A program made the position numbers and the translations under genes. Source: Ekhidna sp. (GTDB lineage Bacteria; Bacteroidota; Bacteroidia; Cytophagales; Cyclobacteriaceae). Taken from it: a DNA stretch of 64,000 nucleotides. Below, piece by piece: positions 8,988 to 20,900 of the stretch; position 1 is the first letter of the stretch; each line of letters opens with the position of its first letter. The notes under the pieces are model-generated. The model searched no databases. It worked only from the letters and a program-made list of their open reading frames with translations, and was not told the DNA's origin. The stretch lies in contig JACONI010000072.1 in NCBI GenBank assembly GCA_014323825.1, forward strand, positions 5,398-69,397, read 5' to 3'.

Positions 8988-11900
8988 CTAATGAATGACG
9001 ATCACGCGTTTGGACTGACGCTTGTGATCTGCTCCGTAAATGTGAATAAAATACAAACCGCCGGGCACCTCTTCCGTGTTCACGTTTATCCGATGCGAGC
9101 CCTTGGCAATCGTTCCGGCAGCGGCTTCTCTACCGGTTTGATCCAGCAGCACCCACGCTGCATCCGCCGTAATTTGCGATGCAAACTCAACAATAAATCC
9201 GCTATTCGCCGGATTGGGATAAAGTACAAACCCGGAAAGATCATTGGCTGTTGTACCGGTAGCCGATAAGGTCTTACCTGTGACAGCAAGGTCGCCTGCC
9301 TGGAGCACTCTTCGGGTATTATTATCCTGTACAAACGCAATGACACGAAGCTTATCTATATCATAAACATTATAAATTTCCCATTCGGCACTCACATTAA
9401 ACACCGTGTCTGTGGTAAAAGACCCCGTATGGTTGGTAAACGGCTCTCCGTCCGCATTGGGCATAAAGACCCTGAATACGTTATAAACCGAGTCTATACT
9501 CAGATCAGTGTATGCATTCTTACCATCCGCATCGGTGATATTATCTACGGAAACCGCCTCCTCAATGACCGCAAAATAGAAGGAATAATCCTGATCCTGA
9601 AGGGTGATATTACCGCCGTCTATTGGCAGCTGATATCTCCAAGCGGCCGAGACCGATATAACATTCGGTTCGGAAGCATTGGATACCAGACCAAAACTGC
9701 CGCCGGCATCTTCCAGTAAAAAGTCCGCTACAGCCAGTTCCTTGATGGAAATATCTACATCACTCCAGCCGGGTAACACCTCCGAATTCTTGCTTATCAC
9801 CTCTCCGTCCAATACCGAAGTGCCCAGTTCTGCAATACCGTAGTACGCTCTGCGCTGTGCAGGGTCCGAAGCGTTCCTCGCATTCAAGACATCCGACCGG
9901 CCTCCTGCGTTGGCAAGTGTGGTAAAGTAATTGATATATAATCGACCGCCGGCATACAGCTGTGCCGTTGTATCCACCCGGATCGCATCACCATCTATTG
10001 AACTGGAGAATTGCTCCACTAACACCGATTTTTCAAGATTGAATATTCTTATATTATCAAAACCGAAGCCATTGCCCAGTTTTGCCTCGTCTACAGCCCC
10101 TTGAGCGGAAAGTGCAAATCGGAAACGAACCGTGCTCGGATCCGCAATGCGTACCAATTCATGGGTACTGGTCAGCCACCCGTTTGTTGATCTTGAATCC
10201 TCCTCCTCATTCGCATCATACTGCCCGGACCATCCCTCTTTGGCGGTATTTTCCGGTGTCTCATTTACCACTGCGGACTGCCCCACGGAAGCAGAAATCT
10301 GGCGTGCGTTAAACCAATTCAATCCGGAGGAGGGGGAGGTCCCGTCGGTGGTCGGTGCAAATTCTCCAAGCGTGATCCAGTTCGTCCCATTGTCCGTGGA
10401 ATACTGGAAGGTCACGCCGTCTTTTGCTTCCAAATCACGGTACGTTTCAAACTGGATCGCAGGGTTGGGAATGTTACTAAAGTCAAAAGAAGGGGAGTAC
10501 ACCCAGGAATCTTCATTGCCCACATACGTATTGGAAATCGTTGAACCCGGATCATACGTGCCGGTGGTAGACCATGCCTGACCCGAACCGCTTCCTCCGC
10601 TCGTTCCGTTAATATTTACGCCATCCGGAGTACCGTGCACCCACGTTGAGACTCGCGCAACAGCATCTTCGGTACTTCCGATCGGATAGCTTCCGGTTCG
10701 GCCGTCATCCGACTGAAACTCCGCAAACCAGCCGCCATCGTCGGTTTCAAAAAATTGCTGGTAAACCCGAGTGCCGAGATCCGGGAGGTCAATGTGCTCA
10801 AGTATCCGGAACCTTCTGATCTCAACGGCATTACAGCCGGCGAGAGAAGTAACGGACAATTCCGCTTCGTAAACACCCGCAGATGCAAAGGTCGCGGTCA
10901 ATTCCGAATTACCGGCACGCAAATCTACCGCTCCCGAAGTACGAGTATTACCGGAGAAGAGCGGGGAACCTGTCCGGGTGCCGCTTGCATCTACCGCATA
11001 GATGTCAAAGTCATAATTTACCGTGGTTCCGGCATCGGCCGCCTCATCAATAAGGTCAAAAACGGTAGGCTGACCGGCCGTGATACCTGTCCAGGTGAAT
11101 TTCGGAACAGGCACCGTGCTGATGTTCACCCTTACATAGACCGTATCCTTCCTGTCACTACGGCAGCCGTCAAAAAAAGTGTATCCGTCAATGAAGTTCT
11201 CTCGGTGGACCACGGCAAAGTGGAAGGTGCCATTTTCAATTCCGTCCATCTGCAGCGCAGATGCAGGCAGTTCATCTGCGGAGAGATCTAAAGTGCTCGC
11301 AATGGGATTATTGTTTAACACTCCGCTGGCATCCGCTTCTGCGGTAAACCACAAGACTTCATTGTTCTCATCAGGGGCTTCCGCTCGCGGGGTTGGAACG
11401 TTCTGATCGAAAACAACCATCGACTCAAAAAGCGTATTAGCATCCAAGCCTCCCGCGTCGGCCGTGCTACCGTCCACACAGAAGTTATATTGAACATCAA
11501 AATTATCAATATCGGCAGCGGTAGCTTCAAGCTGCGAACCGCCGTCACTCTCACGATCCGCCACATCAGCCACACTAATAACAGGCACATCAGCCGTAGG
11601 ATAAACCACAATATCCACTCTTTGGGAAGAACTCAGACATCCATCGTACCCGGAGTTCTGGTTGATATTCGTGACAATACGCACATAATAGGTATATATG
11701 CCCGGAGTGACCGCAGCAAAAGTACCCTTACCACTCCCGGTATTGTTTTCCAAATCTTCTTGAGTAACTACCTCACCCCTTCTGTTGGTGATGTCCAGCA
11801 AATCACCGAATGAAGCGTCAGCAGACCACTGAAACGTATAGTCATTGGTAAGTCCGCCCGGAGGGTTCAACCCGATATCGGGAAATTCCTCACCGGCACA

Positions 11901-14900
11901 CATGTAGTAGGTATAAATATCATCCGTACCGTCATTATCAAATCTTGGATCCCCTGTGAATTCACTGTTACCCGGGATGGGCTGGGGTTCACCTCCGATG
12001 AGCCGGCGCTCACCCGGGATGTCCGGGAGATTATAGATGATCGCCGTTACTTTGGTGCGTGCTCCTTCACAGCCCTCAAAATCAGCTGTCCCATCCACGA
12101 TTGTACTGTCCGCCACTACTTTAGAGATCCAAAACTCCCCGGAAGTGATGGTATTTGCCATATTATCCGTACCCGCCACCGGAGCAGAGACAGGAGCCGC
12201 AGACAAGTCCGCAATTTTATAATTACCACCTGCATTCCATCTAATCGTATTTATTGGATCAATCGCCGTTTCACTGTCCCAAACTGCAAAATAAGACCGA
12301 TCCTGAATATATTCTCTGCCATCAGGATCATCAAGGCTCGAAGCAATCCGTAGCATATCATAAGTTACGGGATTAGCCGCATCACGATCCCAACAGTACT
12401 CAAAATAATATTCCCCCCCGTCCTCATGGATGTTGGGGTCGGTATCCGGAGCATCCAGAACTACCGGATCGGGTATAGCAAATGTCCTGATGTCAACAGG
12501 CACGGCTTCCGATTCGCAGCTACGAACCGTCCTGGTTACATATATATTTTCCCGGAGCGTGCCCGAGACGGGATTGGTTCGAAACAAATTTGGTGTCGGA
12601 GCCAGCACATTCGTATTACCTTCAATTAAAACATCATCACTTAAAGCATCATCACGATACCATTTATAGGCTGAGTTTGGATTTGTTGTTGAGCCTACTT
12701 TTACTTCATCAGCACCGGTTGATGCTATGTCTATTTTAATGTCAGGAATAATGTCTGTTTCGCAAAACTCAAATACATATCTACCACTACCCAAACCTCC
12801 ATAATCGTCTAATGCTTTGGAGAGGGTGGTGAGCGTTCCACCGATTTCAGTAGTGTTAGCGCTCAAATCGATCGCAGGGGCAGATACTTTAGGACGGATT
12901 TCAAATTCCAGTGTGTCCTGCACAACGATTTCCGCATCTGTCAAAGGCTTTGATCGATAGATGATCCTGAAGAACCCTGTTCTATTGTTACCATCCCCGA
13001 ACGGGTTTTTGATAGAAAAGTTATTCTTCTTCGTACTCGGAGCTACACCAGCTACACCATTTATCATCTCCTCTGAAAAATTAACCCTTCGAAGAGCGGT
13101 AAAAGGACTATTGCTGTCTGAGTACTCAAGCAAATAGCCATTCTGAATATTATTATCATCATCACTATCATCTACATCAACATTATCAGCTACCCCTGGT
13201 ATATCTCCCTGATCATCGTAGTTGGAGATTGCTGCTCGAACTCTTGGATTGTCTCTATCATCTTCACAATTAAAAAATATACCCGGTTTCATTTCTTCTT
13301 CTTCTTCATTCTTTAATCTTTGTAAGGTAATTGTAATTTCAGGCTCCGGATATAAATAAATATCTTGCCTTCCTATTTGGCCGTACCTGGGAGTCGCATC
13401 ATCGCTCCTCCATATCATATACAGCCGGATGGTAACTCTATCATCAAGTCCATAGATTGCATCCATAGGATCATCAAATAATTCATTTTTAATAGTTGAA
13501 TTCAAATTATCCAAAAACGTTTTTGGACGGATCTCCCACGCACCGTCAATCCTACTAGGAGCTGCATTTCCGGTAGTACCTGTAGTAGCAGGGACTGTCC
13601 CGGTAGTATTATAATTAAGAATCTGCGGAGCGATGTTACCACCATCATCAACTATACCTACTTCTCCGACAAGTGTTTTAGTGCCGGCAACATCAACGGA
13701 ATCAATCCGTTCATCATCTTCATCAATAAAGTAAGCTTCTATGGTATAAAAATCCTGATCCTTACTGCCTTCCGTTGGGCCTACATCGAAATCATCTAAC
13801 GAGGTATTAAGCATTAGTGTTTCGGGAGCACCTTCCCGAGCAAAAGAGCGGTCTACAATACTACTACTCGCCGCAAAAACATCTTCCCGAGAAATGATAT
13901 TAAAAGCAAGTTCGGACGGCTCAAAGGTTGCCTGTACACCGGAAGTATTGCTCCTCCAGATAATGCTTGTTTGATTTTCGTCGGCGGTGGCAGCACCAAC
14001 CCGGAATTCAACGCTAGAGGTACCACCCGGATTATCAACCACAGATCGAAGCGCACTTCCTGTAAAATCCAATATTTGACCCGTTGGATGGGCTAAGGAA
14101 ATATTCACTATAATTTCGTTCTGATCTTCATTGAATGTAGTAGCATCATCGGGTGTAGGTCCGGCAATCGTTTTTGTAATATCATCTAAAAAGGCAATGG
14201 AATATGGGATGGCCGGGCCTCTGCTAGATCTCCCATTGCCGGCTGTTTCCGTGATATAAAATGTATAGACACCGTTATCATCATCTCCTGAAAAATCAAT
14301 GAACCCTGAAAAAGGAGGCATACTAAAGAATTGACCCACAGTAGGCGAATAACCGGAACTTTTAGAAGTGCCTGTATTTTCAAGAACCATATTTGTCAGG
14401 GCAGCATCGCTGTACACCGTTATCGTACTTCCGTCAATACGAGGGGTGATCTTAACCGGTGTTCGTCCGCTCGGATCAGCGGGTTGTGATACTCCACTGA
14501 CGATCTTACCGGTTCGGAATAAGGCCAATTGATCTCCATGATCAGTAGGAGTCGGCATTCCAGGCGGCACATAATATATGGCTTCGGTGGATGCAGGCAG
14601 TGAGCCTCCACTTAACTCCGGAGCGAAACGCATACTCTGCTCTATGGTAATTGTAGTATTGTTGGGATTGTTGTTCCCGCCGATATCAACCCCGCCGATA
14701 TCAACAATATAATCATTTGCAGCGTTATGTGCATAAGATACCAGTAAGTCACCTACGGAACCGGAGAGATCTTCGGTATCCAGTACGATATCCGTATCAC
14801 CGCCTGTTCCGTCAGCCTGGCCGGTCACAGCATAAGTGCCCCCGGCTTCATCCTCGACCGTGAAACCGAATGTTGCCGGTGATGCTGTTCCTCGCACAAT

Positions 14901-17900
14901 TTGAACCGGCTCATTAAATGTGGCGGTGATTTGCGTATCCGAGTCTCTTGTTGCACTGCTAAATTCAGGAACTCTATCATCTCCGGTGATGGTCTGCTCT
15001 TCGGTTGTTGGGTCGGCGGCATTGTTGTTGCCGAAATCAGCAATGTAATCATTTGCATCATTATGCGTATAAGACACCGTTAAGCTGCCTACGGCATTGG
15101 AGAGATCGGCGGTGGTCAGTACGATCTCCGCATCCGGGACAGTTCTGGCAGTTCTGTAAGCCTGGCCGGTCACAGCATAATCAGTCCCGGCTCTATCTTC
15201 AACCGTGAAACCGAATGTTCCTCCCGGTGTGCCTGATATGATTTGAACCTCCTCATCAAATGTCACGGTGATTTGCGTATCCGAGTCTTTTGTCGCACTA
15301 CTAAAGACAGGAGCTTTATTATCTCTACTTATGGTCTGCGTTCCGGATGGGGCAGTGTTCCCGCCGAAATCAGTTATTTCCGCATTCCTGTTATTATACT
15401 CAACGGTCAAATCACCCAAAGCACGATCCAGGTCTTGCGTTCTGATGGTAATCTTACTATCTCCCGGTGTCCCGTCAAGCTGATTGAATACTGTGTAAGG
15501 GGGGCTTCCGGCTCCGTCTGTTACGGTAAAGTCACCGTGATTTACTCCTCTGGTCCGAATGGGTTCACTGAATGTCAACTCTATGTTATTTTCATCTATA
15601 TACGCTGCTGAAGTAAACGTCGGGGCGGTATTATCATTCTCCACCGCTGCGGATTGGCTATTCTGCAATTCATTGAAACCAAAATCTTCTATGCTGCTTG
15701 TTGTTTTGCGGTATGTAACGGTCAAGTCACCGATTGCACCGGAAAAGCTTGCTGTCGTAATCGTTATTTGGTTGTCACCGCTTGTCCCGTCGTTCCAGTC
15801 CGAAACGGCAAAGGCATTTCCCAAACCTAAACCGGGAAAGGCATTTCTTAAACCATCTACAACCTCCATCTCCGCTGCTATCTTGTTTTCGATGAATACA
15901 GGCTCGCTAAATGTCAGTTCAATTTCAGTATCAGAGCTTCTTGTTGCTCCGGTCAGTGTCGGAACGGTATTGTCCAGATCCACTACCAATGAATTACCTG
16001 TAATAGCTGAAAGTTCCGGTGTTGAAGCCCCTGCAAGTGTTACTCCGCCAGCCCCGCCATCCGTATAAGTTATCACCAGATCGCCGGCAGGAGTGCCCGT
16101 ATAATTTAAAACGAGGAATTCATCATTATCCGTACCATCCGCTAATGAGGTAATCGTGATTGTATTTCCAGTCGTTGTAGAGCCACCCCCGTCTCTAATA
16201 CTAAAGAAACCCTGCACCGTTCCTCCACTTGTTGTTACCGGAATACCGCCTTCGGTAATGTCTACGTTCTCATTAAATTCCAGGGTAACCGTACCACCTG
16301 TAGCCGTTGTACTTGTACTCGTTGCATTTACGGCCGTAAGAACGGTTTCCATGTCCCAGTTCCATTCCGTGCCCATCGTATAACCGGCAAAATCATTTTC
16401 TAGCCCCCCAATAGTACCTTCTGTATCATCTCTGAACGTACCCTGCGGGATGTTTACGAAATAATCAATGTCGGAGGTCAAGTTGGCGGGCAGCGTAAGC
16501 GTAACGGTACTTCCGGATGTAGGAGGGCTACCTGTACCTGGTGCTACGGATACTTGAGCGGGATTGCCGATATCCAAAATATACTGCTCTGCAACAGGTG
16601 TGGTACTTCCCTGAACGACAATGACCCCTCCGGCCGGGTTCACTTCGATTTCCTCGTCAAACACCATGGTTAATGTTCTTCCAACACCTCCCACACCTGC
16701 GATGGGGACATTTGTAGCATTGTCTGCGGGCATAACCGATGTTACGGAGGGAGCCGTCGTATCATACACATCAAACGGGTCGCTTGTTCCGGCATTACCG
16801 ACCTCGGATGAGCCATCTCTTGATCCTGCATTCGCATCCGCATCCGATATTTCAAGTCGTAAACTCTCATGCTCCGTTGTTATCCGGATGGTATCGTTCA
16901 CCTGCCCGTTCGTAAATTGTGTGCGATCATCCATTGTGCGAAAATCGGGTGTGCCGCCCATTGAGCTTGTTCCGGTGATGGTTAAAGCTGAGGCCTCATC
17001 CGTATCCAAATTTCCATTGACATCCCGGGCCTCAATCGTAAAAGTGATGTTTCGGCTTCGGGTTATTCCGCTAGACGTTACGGTTGCTGACTCGGAGGTT
17101 AATCCGGTTGATCTTTCATAAACCCTTGCTCCCCTCACTACCCCCGGATTTGTAGTATAAACGATCCTGTCTGCTATCACATCAAGTACATTATCATCAC
17201 CGGTAGTGGAAGTCCTGATGTTTCGACTATTCATGACCTCGGTAGGAGAGGTTACAATTGTTGACGTACTACGTGTAAAATAAGAACGCGTATCACTATT
17301 CGTTACATTGGTAATATCGGTGAGGGTAACTTGTATTTGCTCCTTATCCGTGATGCCGGATTTTTGCTGAAATGTCGCATAAAGGGTGTAAACATGATCA
17401 TCCGTATCATCAATCACATCATTGCCTGAAGCTCCCGCTTCATCGAAATCAAATATAACATTAGTTGCTGCTGCTTCCTGGTTCCCCCGCTGATTTCCGT
17501 CCTGATCAAACAATGCTAAATTCTCAATAACATTCGGAGTATTGAGATCTAACCGGAACGTTACCGCTGAAATTTCCGTAGGTCTGCCATCGCTATTATC
17601 TCCCGTACCTCCATCTCTTACCACAAATTGAGCAATCGCTAGCGCTTCGTTATTAGTAATAGCAGTATTATCAATAGTAGAAGCATCATACGTTTCGTAA
17701 TCAAAGAACTTTGGATAGGTAAATCCGGGGTCTGCTATCACATCAGAGGTCTTAAACAAGGCCACGATGTCACCGCTCTTTACAACATGAGATGGAGTTC
17801 CTGATGAGGTGAAGGTTATCTTATGATCTCCACCGTTATTCAGCTGTAGGTCGCTAAAGGTGTACACCCCATCAGTAACTGACAGGGAACCGACAGTAAT

Positions 17901-20900
17901 CGTACCGCTGCCATCATCTGTCTCAACAGATGCTGTCAGGGTTTCCGTATAGTCTTTATCCACGTTGCCATTGGCATCTTCAGCTTGTACCACCGCATTA
18001 AAAGCTTCATTCACAAATACAATAGCATCTATGCTTGTATTATTTAATTGAGTGGCTTTCACATCTATCGTATTATCATTAGTTGTGGTTCTGGAAACTG
18101 CACTGATCGGTCCTCCAACGGTAGAAGTAGTTACCGTTGACAGGGGAGTCACAGCAGAAATCATAAATTCAAATTGACTCTTGTCTGTAACCATTGTTTC
18201 GAAGGACACCCTGATCTGGAGAGTTTCCGTATCATTATTCGCTACTTCAAGGCCACCGGAACCTAAGCCTATCGTGCTGGAAGCGGTGGCAGGTGCTGCA
18301 CCATACTTGACACTTGCATCACTGCTAAATATACCAATACTGTCAAGTTCAGCATCGGGACCTTTTGTTATATCAATTGTAATGTCTCCAATGAATGTCG
18401 GGATACCGTCGAAACCCATATCTTGAATAGAAAAAGTCATGACCTGAACGGAACCCGAACCTCCCGCCGGTATCGGGTTATCCGCATTATTAATATAGGG
18501 TATCAGTGTGGTTTGCTCTCCGCCAACAGGAAGAATCTCTGAGTCGTCATCCGGAATGGACGTATTAATTTCCGGAGTTGAGGTGACTGCTGCAAGTGGA
18601 GTCGTTACGGTATTATCACTGACTGTAAAAGTATAGGAAGGAGTAGTATTGTCAAACATATCTACTTCAAGATCTGTCCACTCAAACACACCTGAAGAAA
18701 GATCCCGGGTTAAACCGGAAGCACTAGTAAGCCCCCCCGCACCTGTAGCCTTACTAAGCGTTACATTATTATCTACATCTACATCACGGTTTCCATTGGC
18801 ATCTGCTGCTTCAACCGTTAATGAGAAGTCAAAGTTAATATAAATTCTAGGAGGCAGCGCATGGAAATCAAGCTCGGTGGCGACGACCTCAGTATTTACC
18901 GCCCCACTGGATATGGATGCCGTAACGGTTGAACCTGTAAAATTACTGCCCGCTGCACTCGTCATAATATCAGTTTTCGCTACGGAGAAGTCAAAAGATT
19001 TATTATCGAAATTTTCAGGCAGTGTTCCGGGGAGGGTCGTTTCCAGCCAAATAGACAATGTATAAGTTTTAGAAGCACTTTCTGCTATTTCTCCTAATGC
19101 TCCGGGGCCAATCGGAATAGTATTAAACTGAATAGAAGAACCATTAATCATGGATGCATCAACAGAATTAGTACCATCAAAGAGACGTGCTCCGGCAATC
19201 ACCTGATCCCAAACCCCGCTCAGTTCAGTTGATGATGCAGTTCCGGATCGTATGGTTAAACCGGTAATTAATGTAGGAGCTCCATCTCCACTCTGATCTG
19301 TGACCGTAAAATCAAAAACTTCAATGCCCGGAGTTACATTAGAAACAGAGCTAATATCCACCGAAGACTCATCCAGCGTAGTACTTGTGCTGATCTGCGA
19401 ATTATCATCCGCAGTGGCAGTCGTAGCATCAATCTGACTCACCGGTGAGCTAAGATTGCCTGATTGATCTTCTGCTACCAAGTAAACTTCGTAAGAGGTA
19501 CTTCCTGATAAGTCATAGGTATTGACAGCTTCCGAAACATCAGTTCCTACTGTTGAAATTGTAATTGTACCACTGACAATAGCTGCATCACCTCCATCAT
19601 CCTGTCCGGCTTTAACTTGTAAATTTGTCGGAGGACTTTCACCGTCTGCTAACACCACGTAGTGTACTTCGCCCGCTTCACTCATTTGAGCATTAATAGT
19701 AAACCCGGACACCATTGGTGAGGTAACTCCGGGTGTTCCGGTAATGGTTGGCAGCATATCATCATAAGTAAAGTCGCGAGTAGTACTCACGGGGGTGGCG
19801 GCATTGCCGGCTTGGTCACTTACATTGGCTTCAATTGAATACATTGTCCCGTTCGTCAGTCCTTGTAAGCCCGTAGCGGGGATCGTTACCTGCCAGACTC
19901 CTGAAGTTACATTTCCGGTGTAAGTTGCCGAATTTAATGTCAAGGTTACCTCCCGTCCGTCTTCCGCACCGGCGGCGGTTCCCGTAATTATCAGGTCTGT
20001 GTCATCTTCCGCTGCATTCAAAAAACCATCTCCTAAAACCGACATGTCAAACATCATGGCATTGAAGGTATTGAAAGAGAGGGAGGGCGGGGTATTATCA
20101 ACGATATAGGTGAACTCATCGGGGGACGGAGTGGTTCCAAGATTCAGTGTATTTGTTAATACATCGGTAATGTTATTTCCCGGATCTGCTATACTCAGTG
20201 TAACATTAGCAGTTAAATCTGCCAGGTCTCCGCTGCTCACCGTAACGGTATAAGTAGTGCCGCTTCCCGTGACATTGGTTACTGTAGCAGTAGTACCGCT
20301 CACCATAAAATCCATTGCCTCCACATTCTGAACCGCTTCACTGAACATAATCTCCCAGACAAGCATATCTGCATTGGTGGGAGAAGCTGTTGATCTTGTA
20401 ATGCTTTGAACTGTCGGCGGGATATTATCAACGGTATAGGTGACCTGATTGGGGGATGGCGAAGTGGGTGGGGATAGATTCAGGGCATTTCTTGCTTCAT
20501 CGGTAATGCTATTTCCCACACTCAGCATAACATCATCATCTAAACCCGTCGACAGGTCTCCGCCGCTCACCGTAACGGTATAGTTCATTCCGCTTCCGGT
20601 AACGGCAATCGTTGGACTATTAGTAAACACGCTCCCACTCCCCCTGCTAACCGCAAAGTCTCCCGGAACCACAGTCGAAACCTCTTCACTGAATGTAATG
20701 TCCCAAACAAGCATATTTGCATTGGTGGGAGAAACTGAAGGCATGTTGTATGCAATTGCGGTGACTGTCGGCGGGGTATTATCAACTTCATAGGTGACCT
20801 GATTGGTGGACGGAGGGGTGGTCAGATCAAGGGCATTTCCTGCTGCATCGGTAATGTTATTTCCCACATCTATACTCAGTGTAACATCAGCATTTAAACT

